Position numbers and translations under genes: made by a program. A model generated the notes under the pieces. The model ran no database searches. It was not told where the DNA came from and was given only the letters and a program-made list of their open reading frames with translations. Below, piece by piece: positions 1 through 7,248 of a stretch of 36,209 bases of DNA (the first letter of the stretch is position 1; every line of letters begins with the position of its first letter). Source of the DNA: an uncultured Candidatus Saccharibacteria bacterium (lineage in GTDB: Bacteria > Patescibacteriota > Minisyncoccia > 2-02-FULL-40-12 > IGHO2-01-FULL-4-A); the NCBI GenBank assembly GCA_964364345.1, contig CAYILQ010000002.1:1-36209 (forward strand). The letters are read 5' to 3'.

Positions 1-112
1 GTCGCAGTCAAAAATCAGGAATTGCAGCAGAAAGGGGTTTTGGAACCATCTCAATCACATCAATCCGCATTTTTGGCATTATGTTGCCGTTTGTTTACAT
101 AATAGCCGCAAA

Positions 113-730
113 GTGCTAGATTTTCAAGAGATGGAGGTGTTGTTCAAAATCGTTGTGGTTTTGTATTCGGTGGTTTTGCACGAAGTTTCCCATGGGGCGG
201 TGGCGGCAAGTCTGGGCGATTCCACGGCCAAAGATTTGGGTCGCTTGACTCTCAACCCCTTTAAGCATTTGGACCTTTTCGGCTCGGTGCTTTTGCCGAT
301 ATTTACTTTGATGATCGGCGGTTTTGTCTTTGGCTATGCCAAGCCGGTGCCCTACAACCCCCTGAATCTGCGCGACCGCAAATACGGCCCGGCCAAAGTT
401 GCTTTTGCCGGTCCGGCCGTCAATCTGACCCTAGCGGTGCTATTTGGGCTCTTGTTAAGATTTCTGCCGACCGGTCTCCAGGCTACGACCCTGCCGGAAC
501 TTCTGGGGTTTATTGTTACCCTTAATCTAGTCTTGGCGGTCTTTAACTTGATGCCGATTCCGCCGCTTGACGGCCACTGGCTGCTCCTGACCTTTCTGCC
601 GGCCCGGTTCGCGGCCCTGAAATTTTTCGTGGTTCGCTACGGTATGATGTTGTTCCTAGTTTTTCTTTTTTTCATCTTCCCGATAATCTTTCCCTTGATT
701 AGTTTACTGTTTAGGATTATAGTGGGCTGA
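113..730 (+). CDS. Site-2 protease family (peptidase M50) membrane metalloprotease
   Basis: 205-aa ORF with an HEVSH (HExxH) zinc motif, a second NLMPIPPLDG motif and several hydrophobic helices. GTG start; alternative in-frame ATG at 131. Confidence 0.8.
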   Translation: MLDFQEMEVLFKIVVVLYSVVLHEVSHGAVAASLGDSTAKDLGRLTLNPFKHLDLFGSVLLPIFTLMIGGFVFGYAKPVPYNPLNLRDRKYGPAKVAFAGPAVNLTLAVLFGLLLRFLPTGLQATTLPELLGFIVTLNLVLAVFNLMPIPPLDGHWLLLTFLPARFAALKFFVVRYGMMLFLVFLFFIFPIIFPLISLLFRIIVG

Positions 731-794
731 AGATCGCCGATAATTTAGAGAATGCGGTTAACGCCGATTTTTTGTGCTCAAGAGTGAGCACAAA

Positions 795-925
795 TTTACG
801 AATAGTTACTTACACATAACGAATAGCGCACACGAATGAGTCTTAATTCGCATAGCCACATTCGTAGTGTGCTTTTCGTGTGTTATTTGTGGCATTCGCG
901 CGCATTTGTAGATTAGCATTACATT
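795..925. repeat. Array of ACGAAT / ATTCG motifs in both orientations upstream of rpsL
   Basis: TTACGAATAG, TAACGAATAG and CACGAATGAG are followed by the inverted AATTCGCATAG, CATTCGTAGTG, TTTCGTGTG and CATTCGCGCG. Ends with CATTTGTAGATTAGCATT (903-920), whose reverse complement matches 9654-9671 at 17/18. Confidence 0.6.
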
Positions 926-1339
926 ATGCCGACCTTTCGTCAATTACTGAAAAACCCCAGGAAGAAAGCCAAGGCGAAAACTCGATCGCCGGCTTTGGCG
1001 TTTGGTTTTAACACCCTCAAGAACAAACCCGTTTACTACCCGGCGCCATTCAAAAGGGGAGTGGCCGTTAAGGTAACTACCGTCACTCCCAAGAAACCCA
1101 ATTCGGCTTTGCGCAAGATCGCTAGAATTCGATTGACCAACGGCATGGAGGTAACCGCCTATATCCCCGGTGTCGGCCATAATTTGCAGGAGCACTCGGT
1201 GGTGACAATTAGGGGCGGCCGGGTTAAAGATTTACCGGGCGTCCAATATCATATTGTCCGCGGGCGGCTCGACGCCACTGGGGTGGAGAACCGAAAACAA
1301 GGCCGAAGCAGGTATGGAACCAAGGCCCCGAGAAATTAG
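926..1339 (+). CDS. rpsL: 30S ribosomal protein S12
   Basis: 137-aa translation has the canonical S12 core ([28 protein letters not shown]). Sits immediately upstream of rpsG-fusA. Confidence 0.97.
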   Translation: MPTFRQLLKNPRKKAKAKTRSPALAFGFNTLKNKPVYYPAPFKRGVAVKVTTVTPKKPNSALRKIARIRLTNGMEVTAYIPGVGHNLQEHSVVTIRGGRVKDLPGVQYHIVRGRLDATGVENRKQGRSRYGTKAPRN

Positions 1340-1394
1340 TTGATAGTTGGTAGTTCTTAACTACTCACCCCGAAAAGCTTCGCAACGGGGCAGG

Positions 1395-1408
1395 CTACTC
1401 ACTACAAA
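1395..1408 (+). repeat. 14-mer CTACTCACTACAAA, also present twice in tandem inside CDS 14219..15478
   Basis: Exact 14-nt identity with 15059-15072 and 15073-15086. The neighbouring AACTACTCAC (about 1369) and its partial inverse TAGTTGGTAGTT are in the same rpsL-rpsG spacer. Confidence 0.7.
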
Positions 1409-1422
1409 TTGCCCACTAACTA

Positions 1423-1890
1423 ATGAGGCGTACCATTAAACGAAAAATTTTTGTTGAACCAGACCGCAAATACCAGTCACCGCTTGTGGCCAGTTTTATA
1501 AATAAGGTGATGGAAAGGGGCAAAAAGACCGTGGCGGAAAAAATTGTCTATGGCGCCCTGGAGACAGCAGAGAAAAAATTAGGCAAGCCGGCTCTGGAGA
1601 TTTTTGAGGCGGCGATCAACAACGCCGGTCCCCAACTGGAATTAAGATCGCGCCGGATCGGCGGCGCCAATTACCAAGTGCCGTTTGAAGTTAGAAGTGG
1701 TCGTCGGACCACTCTGGCTTTGCGCTGGATAATCAAGGCCGCTCGCGGCGTCAAAGGCAAACCAATGGTTCAGAAACTTACCGAAGAATTAATTAATGCC
1801 TTCAACAATACCGGCGCGGCGGTCAAGAAGAAACAAGATACCCACCGCATGGCCGAAGCCAACAAAGCGTTCGCTCATTTTGCCTGGTGA
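1423..1890 (+). CDS. rpsG: 30S ribosomal protein S7
   Basis: 155-aa translation with S7 hallmarks ([38 protein letters not shown]). str-operon position. Confidence 0.97.
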   Translation: MRRTIKRKIFVEPDRKYQSPLVASFINKVMERGKKTVAEKIVYGALETAEKKLGKPALEIFEAAINNAGPQLELRSRRIGGANYQVPFEVRSGRRTTLALRWIIKAARGVKGKPMVQKLTEELINAFNNTGAAVKKKQDTHRMAEANKAFAHFAW

Positions 1891-1944
1891 GTATTTGTCT
1901 GGACGCAGACGAGCAAGGCGAGTCGAGTACAGCAACAAATGCTC

Positions 1945-2107
1945 ATCCCCCACCACTTTTGCCGGTAACCGACGGCGCAGGCGGCCCGAATAGGGAATTC
2001 CGCCTCCGGCGGAACTGGCTGTTCGCCCCCGCCGCGCAGCTGGAATTAACGGTACTATCCTGATCAAACTTTAAGTATAACTTTCTTGAGCAAAAGTGGT
2101 GGGGGAT
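1945..2107. repeat. 163-bp palindromic element with perfect 18-bp termini in the rpsG-fusA spacer
   Basis: ATCCCCCACCACTTTTGC (1945-1962) is the exact reverse complement of GCAAAAGTGGTGGGGGAT (2090-2107). The interior is GC-rich with a CCGCC-TC-CGGCGG mini-hairpin. Spurious ORFs are open on both strands across it. Confidence 0.75.
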
Positions 2108-2135
2108 CTCATTTTGTTACCCAATCGCTTCGCTC

Positions 2136-4439
2136 TTGGACAAAATGGATTATCCCATCGAGAAAATCCGAAACATCGGCATCATCGCTCACATTGACGC
2201 TGGCAAGACAACCGTCACCGAGCGGGTTTTGTTTTACACCGGCGTTTCTCACAAGATTGGGGAGGTCCACGAGGGCGAGACCATCACCGACTGGATGGAG
2301 CAGGAACGGGAACGGGGGATTACCATTACGGCCGCGGCGGTTACCTGTTATTGGCGGCCTACTTATCAAGTAAATCAATCATCTGCCGAAGTTGCTTCTG
2401 CCGAGCTTTCGCAACCGTCAGCTCGTCCCGGTGCCGAAATTAAACCGGTCTTTGACGCCACGTCCCGGAAGTCCCGCCCCGACAATATCGGGGGCGGAGC
2501 GGCCAGAAGGCAAGGCAATATCGGCACGGGGACGGCTGCTCAACGCGTTGCGGTTCAACCTCGGCAGCGGGACGCCGAGCACCGAATAAACATCATCGAC
2601 ACCCCCGGCCACATCGATTTTACGGTCGAAGTCAAACGTTCGCTAAGAGTTCTTGACGGAGCAGTCGTGGTTTTTGACGGAGTGGCCGGGGTGGAGCCCC
2701 AATCGGAAACCAACTGGCGTTACGCCGACGAGTACGGCGTGCCCCGGATTTGTTTTATCAACAAACTTGATCGTTTGGGCGCTTCCTTTGAACGATCTTT
2801 CAGGTCAATTCTTGAGCGCTTGACCCCCTATGCCGTCAGGATGCAACTGCCCGATGGCGAGGAAGACAATTTCAAAGGCGTGGTTAATCTTTTGGAAATG
2901 AAATATTACGTCTTTGAAGGCGATCACGGCGAAAGGGTGGTGGAACAGCCGATTCTTTCAGCCCAACTGATGAAAGCTGCCGAAGTTGCCCGCCATGAAC
3001 TGGTTGAAAAAATTGTTGAGCACGACGACCAGGCAATGCACGACTACTTGGAGGGTAAAGAAATTCCCGTCCAACGTTTGCGGGAGATTTTGAGAAAAGC
3101 CGCCATCGCCAACAAACTGGTGCCGGTTTTCACCGGTTCGGCTTTGCGTAACAAGGGTGTTCAATTTGTTCTTGACGGAGTGATTGAATACTTGCCTTCC
3201 CCGATTGACAAGCCGGCAGTCAAAGGGGCTGAACCCAGAACCGGTCAGGAAATCACCCGCCAGCCCGATGAAAAAGAACCCTTCGCGGCTTTGGCTTTCA
3301 AAATCGCGACTGATGCCTATGTCGGTCAGCTGGCATTCTTCCGGGTTTATTCGGGCGTGCTCGCCGCCGGTTCTTATGTTCTAAACAGCGTTAGCGGTCA
3401 ACAGGAACGAATCGGCCGAGTCCTGCGCATGCGAGCTAACGACCGAGAAGAGATCGGAGAAGTCTATGCCGGCAATATTGCCGCCGCTGTCGGCCTCAAA
3501 GCCACCAGAACCGGCGATACTTTGTGCGACCCGGAGAACCCGATTATTTTGGAAAAGATAATTTTCCCCGAGCCGGTAATATCATTGCGCATTGAGCCCA
3601 AGACTAAAGCCGATCAGGAAAAGATGAGTTTGGCTTTGAAGAAACTGGCCGATGAAGACCCGACGTTTAGAATCAAGACCGATGAGGAAACCGCCGAAAT
3701 GATCATTTCGGGCATGGGCGAATTGCATCTGGAAATCATCGTTGAGCGGATGAAAAGAGAATTCAACGTCGGCGCCAATGTCGGCCGGCCCCAAGTGGCC
3801 TATAAAGAGACTATTAAACAAGAGGCCCAAGCCGAGGGCAAGTACATCCGCCAATCCGGCGGCCGAGGTCAGTACGGCCATGTTTGGCTGCGGGTTGAAC
3901 CCCAGCCGCGCGGCGGCGGTTTTGAGTTTATTGATGAGATCAAAAGCGGGGTCATCCCCAACGAGTTTATTCCGGCGATAGAGAAGGGGGCGCGCGAAGC
4001 CATAGACAAAGGCGTGGTCGCCGGCTTTCCCCTGGTGGACATGGCGGTGGCAGTTTATGATGGTTCCTACCACGAGGTTGACTCGTCGGAGATTGCCTTC
4101 AAAATCGCCGCTTCGGCGGCATTGCAGGAGGCGGTCAAGCGGGCCAAGCCGGTGATTCTTGAACCGATTATGAAAGTCGAGGTGATTGTGCCGGAGAAGT
4201 TTTTGGGCGAAGTCATGGGCGATCTTAATAGCCGACGCGGCCGAATTGAACAGACCAGCGACCGTTCGCCATTGAATCTCAAAGTTATTGACGCCAAGGT
4301 GCCCTTGTCAGAAATGTTTGGCTACGCCACCACCATCCGGTCACTGTCAGAAGGCCGCGGCTCTTACACCATGGAATTCAGCCGCTACGAGGAAGTGCCG
4401 GCTGGTATTGCAGAGTTGATCAAAGAAGGCAAGAAATAG
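2136..4439 (+). CDS. fusA: Elongation factor G carrying a 75-aa insertion in the G domain
   Basis: 767 aa with AHIDAGKTT (G1), DTPGHIDF (G3), NKLDR (G4) and full domains II-V ([27 protein letters not shown]). About 70 aa longer than typical EF-G because of the segment at 2355-2579. Confidence 0.95.
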   Translation: MDKMDYPIEKIRNIGIIAHIDAGKTTVTERVLFYTGVSHKIGEVHEGETITDWMEQERERGITITAAAVTCYWRPTYQVNQSSAEVASAELSQPSARPGAEIKPVFDATSRKSRPDNIGGGAARRQGNIGTGTAAQRVAVQPRQRDAEHRINIIDTPGHIDFTVEVKRSLRVLDGAVVVFDGVAGVEPQSETNWRYADEYGVPRICFINKLDRLGASFERSFRSILERLTPYAVRMQLPDGEEDNFKGVVNLLEMKYYVFEGDHGERVVEQPILSAQLMKAAEVARHELVEKIVEHDDQAMHDYLEGKEIPVQRLREILRKAAIANKLVPVFTGSALRNKGVQFVLDGVIEYLPSPIDKPAVKGAEPRTGQEITRQPDEKEPFAALAFKIATDAYVGQLAFFRVYSGVLAAGSYVLNSVSGQQERIGRVLRMRANDREEIGEVYAGNIAAAVGLKATRTGDTLCDPENPIILEKIIFPEPVISLRIEPKTKADQEKMSLALKKLADEDPTFRIKTDEETAEMIISGMGELHLEIIVERMKREFNVGANVGRPQVAYKETIKQEAQAEGKYIRQSGGRGQYGHVWLRVEPQPRGGGFEFIDEIKSGVIPNEFIPAIEKGAREAIDKGVVAGFPLVDMAVAVYDGSYHEVDSSEIAFKIAASAALQEAVKRAKPVILEPIMKVEVIVPEKFLGEVMGDLNSRRGRIEQTSDRSPLNLKVIDAKVPLSEMFGYATTIRSLSEGRGSYTMEFSRYEEVPAGIAELIKEGKK
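2355..2579. repeat. GC-rich imperfect palindromic element translated in frame inside fusA
   Basis: Arms 2383-2394/2556-2567 pair at 11/12 and 2423-2437/2521-2535 at 13/15, with a central GC hairpin near 2475-2496. Shares GTGCCGAAATT and GTTCAAnnTCGGCAGCGGGACG with 22925-23015. Confidence 0.65.
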
Positions 4440-4560
4440 CCGCTGGGTGGGAAAACTTTTTTTCCGTGTCCTGCGTCTAAAAATTAAAATATTTTGGCCC
4501 ACCTCGCAGTTTGTCAGGTTTTTATTTTCTGTCAGATCAATCGGGCCAAGGTGCGGCCGT

Positions 4561-4589
4561 TTGACTTGTGATTTTTGGTTTGCTATACT
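4561..4589 (+). promoter_or_regulatory. Sigma70-like promoter, TTGACT-17-TATACT
   Basis: -35 TTGACT at 4561-4566, 17-nt spacer, -10 TATACT at 4584-4589. About 225-240 nt upstream of the RRM-protein start. Confidence 0.5.
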
Positions 4590-4627
4590 GGCTGCAGCGT
4601 AGGTGTGTTCTCCTAGGTATAAGCCGG

Positions 4628-4733
4628 CTGTAGGGAAACCTAAGCATTGGCATCTGCCCCGACCCCGCCAGGGCGGGATCGAGGATCCACGATCCCGCCA
4701 TGGCGGGATCGGGAGAATAGGTCTTCCCTACAG
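4628..4733. repeat. 106-bp nested palindrome in the leader of the RRM-protein gene
   Basis: The outer stem pairs CTGTAGGGAAACCTA (4628-4642) with TAGGTCTTCCCTACAG (4718-4733). Inside are CCCGCC-AG-GGCGGG (4664-4677), GGGATCG/CGATCCC, and the perfect 20-bp palindrome GATCCCGCCATGGCGGGATC (4691-4710). Confidence 0.7.
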
Positions 4734-4815
4734 AAGTGAAAAGCGCGAAGCGAAAAGCGAAAAAGGCAAGGCAAAGAGGAATCATCTTTTGAGTTTTGCA
4801 CTCTAAGCTTTACGT

Positions 4816-5175
4816 TTGGCGGTAGCGAACGTGAGTAAAAAGTTATATGTTGGTGGTTTGCCTTACAGCGCCACCGATGATCAGTTGCGGCAGCACTTCT
4901 CCCAAGCCGGGAACGTGGAATCTGCCCAGGTGGTCATAGACAAGTTCTCGGGCCGCTCCCGAGGCTTCGGCTTTGTCGAAATGTCTTCCGATGAGGAAGC
5001 CAACAAAGCCATTGAGATGTTGAACGGCCAAGATTTTGGCGGCCGGAACATCACTGTCAATGAAGCCCGACCAATGGAGGCCAGAGCGCCTCGTCAAGGC
5101 GGCTTTAACCGCGGCGGCGGCGGCCGAGGCTTTGGCGGCCGAGGCGGCTACGGCGGCGGTTTGGACAGGTACTAA
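4816..5175 (+). CDS. RRM-type RNA-binding protein with a glycine/arginine-rich tail
   Basis: RNP-2 LYVGGL, RNP-1 RGFGFVEM, and a C-terminal RGGGGRGFGGRGGYGGG tail. The ORF opens at TTG 4816; in-frame GTG at 4831 (MSKKLYVGGL) is an equally plausible start. Confidence 0.9.
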   Translation: MAVANVSKKLYVGGLPYSATDDQLRQHFSQAGNVESAQVVIDKFSGRSRGFGFVEMSSDEEANKAIEMLNGQDFGGRNITVNEARPMEARAPRQGGFNRGGGGRGFGGRGGYGGGLDRY

Positions 5176-5200
5176 CCTGATCTGGCCGGCCAACTAACCC

Positions 5201-5236
5201 AACCCCGCCGCGTCAAACGCGGCGGGGTTTGTGTTT
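5201..5236 (+). terminator. Intrinsic terminator between convergent genes
   Basis: Perfect 13-bp stem AACCCCGCCGCGT / ACGCGGCGGGGTT with a 3-nt loop, followed by TGTGTTT. Confidence 0.7.
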
Positions 5237-5239
5237 CTG

Positions 5240-5698
5240 CTATCTGGTTGGTTGGCAAGTGCCAGCGGCAGTGGCTTGTGAGCTGTTCTGGTTTTGCTGG
5301 GCGGGCGTTAGATGATCGGCCGGGAACGGAGTTTTGTCTATCAAAGCGTCAATAATCCGGCCAACGGTTGAGCGAACAATCCCACCCAACCCAGCCCCAC
5401 TAGTATCGTTTGCTTGAGCGACCTGATTCAACAGATCTTTTGATTTGGCGATTAAACCCTGACTGTTTTTGATCTTGCTTTTAACGTCGGTTTGATTTTT
5501 GGCCGAGCCGGCCTCCTCAATGGCCGATTCAAGCAGAGCCAGGTTTTCTTTCAATTCACCGAGAATCCTGGCTTCTTTGACGGCGGGATTGATGACCTCA
5601 ATGACTTTCTGTTTGAAGCTGGGCAATTGGTTAATCAAAAAGCCCCCGCCAATAGCCACAATCAGGAAAAAAATGATAAACTTGACCAGAAACCCCAC
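5240..5698 (-). CDS. Hypothetical membrane-anchored protein
   Basis: 152 aa, GTG start. N-terminal TM helix (FLVKFIIFFLIVAIGGGFLI) followed by a helical/coiled region. No recognisable family. Confidence 0.55.
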   Translation of the reverse strand: MGFLVKFIIFFLIVAIGGGFLINQLPSFKQKVIEVINPAVKEARILGELKENLALLESAIEEAGSAKNQTDVKSKIKNSQGLIAKSKDLLNQVAQANDTSGAGLGGIVRSTVGRIIDALIDKTPFPADHLTPAQQNQNSSQATAAGTCQPTR

Positions 5699-5736
5699 GC
5701 TAATATCATATCATATTTTCTTGGATTTGACTGGTG

Positions 5737-5745
5737 TGCTATAAT
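5737..5745 (+). promoter_or_regulatory. Extended -10 promoter (TGcTATAAT) 7 nt upstream of ATG 5753
   Basis: TG at 5737-5738 and TATAAT at 5740-5745. The spacing implies a leaderless or near-leaderless transcript. Confidence 0.45.
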
Positions 5746-5752
5746 TAACTCA

Positions 5753-5986
5753 ATGCCAAAAGTAGAAATCTATACCACTCCCTATTGCGCCTATTGCAAA
5801 ATGGCCAAGGAGTATTTTACCAAAAACAATATCCAGTACACCGAATACGATGTGGCTGCTGACGTTGCCCGGCGCCAGGAAATGCTTGATAAAACCCACC
5901 AGTTCGGGGTGCCCGTCATAATAATTGATGGTAAAATTGTGATTGGCTTTGACCGGCCCAAGATTAACCAGTTGTTGGGGTTATAG
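5753..5986 (+). CDS. Glutaredoxin-like / NrdH-like small redoxin
   Basis: 77 aa starting MPKVEIYTTPYCAYCKMAKE with a CxxC motif, then a GVPVIIIDGK thioredoxin-fold signature. The longer ORF 5492..5986 overlaps the opposite-strand gene and was trimmed to this ATG. Confidence 0.85.
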   Translation: MPKVEIYTTPYCAYCKMAKEYFTKNNIQYTEYDVAADVARRQEMLDKTHQFGVPVIIIDGKIVIGFDRPKINQLLGL

Positions 5987-6162
5987 ACCTCACACTATGA
6001 AATTGCGTTTAGAAGCAACAAAAACAGATGAGACGCGCAGTTTTGGAGCGTGGCAAAATGTGAGCCGTACCCGGCGGTACGGTGAACATTTTTCCCGCGA
6101 AAAACAAGCGTATCGCTGTTTTTGTTGTCTTATTGAGTGCAATTTCATAGTGTGAGGTCTAT
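5983..6162. repeat. 180-bp long hairpin element with perfect 24-bp termini
   Basis: ATAGACCTCACACTATGAAATTGC (5983-6006) is the exact reverse complement of 6139-6162. There is a second 15-bp arm pair (AAGCAACAAAAACAG / CTGTTTTTGTTGTCTT) and a central CCGTACC-CGGC-GGTACGG hairpin. It overlaps the upstream stop codon and ends 9 nt before the SOD ATG. Confidence 0.85.
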
Positions 6163-6171
6163 AGGCTAAAC

Positions 6172-6831
6172 ATGGATTCTAAACCTCTGCCATTCAAAAA
6201 ACTCAACGGTATTTCCGAAAAAACTCTGGAGATCCACCACGACAAGCTTTATGTCGGCTATGTAAAGAAGGTTGATGAGATTGAGGAGAAGCTGGGAAAA
6301 CTAAGGGACGAGATTATAGCCGGTACGGCCCCGGGCGGGAATGCGACTTACAGCGAACTTCGGGCCTTAAAAGACGCCGAGACTTTTGCCGTCAACGGCG
6401 TCTATCTTCACGAGTGGTATTTTGATGTCTTAGGCGTCCCCGTGCCTGATATTGATACCGGCCTTGGGCGCGAAGGGACCGAGGGCGGCGCTTACTCAAA
6501 GGCCCCGGAATTGAGCAAAGCGATTTCTGAAAAATGGGGCTCGGTTGAAAATTTCATGAGATATTTTTCTGAATGCGGCATGGCTTCGCGCGGTTGGTCG
6601 CTTCTGGTTTGGGACACCAAGCGGGGAAGACTGATGCAGTACAACGGCGACGCCCACAATCAAGGCGGGGTCTGGGGCTGCCTCCCCATCATCGTCCTTG
6701 ACGTTTACGAACACGCCTATTTCATTGACTTCGGCTCCGACCGCAAGGCCTACATTGAAGCTTTCTGGCGGAATCTCAATTGGTCAGCGGCAGAGGCATT
6801 ATTTCTCACGGTTAGAAATGTTAAGTTATAA
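6172..6831 (+). CDS. Fe/Mn-family superoxide dismutase
   Basis: N-terminal LEIHHDKLYVGYV, mid LHEWYF, and C-terminal DVYEHAYFIDFGSDRKAYIEAFWRNLNW (the D-x-[WY]-E-H-A-Y signature). Has a short extra loop before the SEKWGS segment. Confidence 0.85.
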   Translation: MDSKPLPFKKLNGISEKTLEIHHDKLYVGYVKKVDEIEEKLGKLRDEIIAGTAPGGNATYSELRALKDAETFAVNGVYLHEWYFDVLGVPVPDIDTGLGREGTEGGAYSKAPELSKAISEKWGSVENFMRYFSECGMASRGWSLLVWDTKRGRLMQYNGDAHNQGGVWGCLPIIVLDVYEHAYFIDFGSDRKAYIEAFWRNLNWSAAEALFLTVRNVKL

Positions 6832-6862
6832 GAACCCATCTCAAAAATCCAATGAGTTGGGT

Positions 6863-6888
6863 TCAAATTAAAACCGCCGCCAGGCGGT
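6863..6888 (-). terminator. Intrinsic terminator for the small minus-strand gene
   Basis: On the minus strand ACCGCC-TGGC-GGCGGT is followed by TTTTAATTT. Confidence 0.55.
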
Positions 6889-6922
6889 CTTGGGAACATT
6901 GACGGGAAATTAGGCTTGCGCA

Positions 6923-7135
6923 TTATACACTCGGTTGTTCTTTTTTGCGACCTAATTCCTCAAAAGCCTCGGCCAATTCTCCGGCAACTATTGACAGCCG
7001 TCTGGCTGACCGTATGCGCTTTCCGTTGTTGGGTTGGCGCAACTGGATTGTAGCAAAAAGGCTTCTGGCCTCGGCAAAAAGAGAATCAATAAATCCTTTA
7101 ATGTCACCCTTCTTCTTTAACCTCTTCCTTCCCAT
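6923..7135 (-). CDS. Hypothetical small basic protein (70 aa)
   Basis: ATG is preceded by the strong SD GGGAGG at a 5-6 nt spacing, and a terminator lies downstream. No family recognised. Preferred over the overlapping plus-strand ORF 6945..7202. Confidence 0.55.
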   Translation of the reverse strand: MGRKRLKKKGDIKGFIDSLFAEARSLFATIQLRQPNNGKRIRSARRLSIVAGELAEAFEELGRKKEQPSV

Positions 7136-7248
7136 CAGTTACCTCCCGAAAAAAAAGAACTCGTTTTGCGATTGCGAGCAACTATTATGCGGCAACGAGT
7201 GATATACTAGCTCTGGTGATTACTTTGGTCAATAACCGAGGCTGTGGA

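Noticed and set aside
773-792. Hairpin TGTGCTCA-AGAG-TGAGCACA as the terminator of the M50 protease gene
   Set aside because: The 8-bp stem is perfect, but it is followed by AAATTT on the plus strand and by an A-run on the minus strand. It does not qualify as a canonical intrinsic terminator and may belong to the adjacent motif array.
1789-2378. ORFs 1789..2067 (-), 1796..1993 (+), 2086..2373 (+) and 2109..2378 (-) in and around the rpsG-fusA spacer
   Set aside because: They run through the GC-rich palindromic element or overlap rpsG and fusA. Their Arg/Pro/Gly-rich translations are typical of non-coding GC-rich DNA, and they have no start context.
2355-2579. Intein or self-splicing intron as the explanation for the EF-G insertion
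   Set aside because: At 75 aa it is far below even mini-intein size. It lacks the N-terminal Cys/Ser and C-terminal His-Asn-(Cys/Ser/Thr) junction residues. The segment is in frame and stop-free with low-complexity composition, and a related copy is read on the opposite strand in pgi. A group I/II intron cannot be formally excluded without transcript data, but no intron-like core is recognisable.
4537-4806. ORFs 4537..4785 (-) and 4603..4806 (+) upstream of the RRM gene
   Set aside because: Both are composed of the palindromic repeat and purine tract, giving mirror-image low-complexity peptides. The region is better explained as a structured leader or repeat.
5492-5752. Long N-terminal extension of the glutaredoxin-like ORF (5492..5986)
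   Set aside because: The extension is antisense to the better-supported membrane-protein gene 5240..5698. The thioredoxin-fold protein begins naturally at ATG 5753, directly behind an extended -10 box.
6945-7202. Plus-strand ORF 6945..7202 (85 aa)
   Set aside because: It overlaps the minus-strand 70-aa ORF, which has a strong GGGAGG Shine-Dalgarno site and a downstream terminator. The plus-strand ORF has neither.
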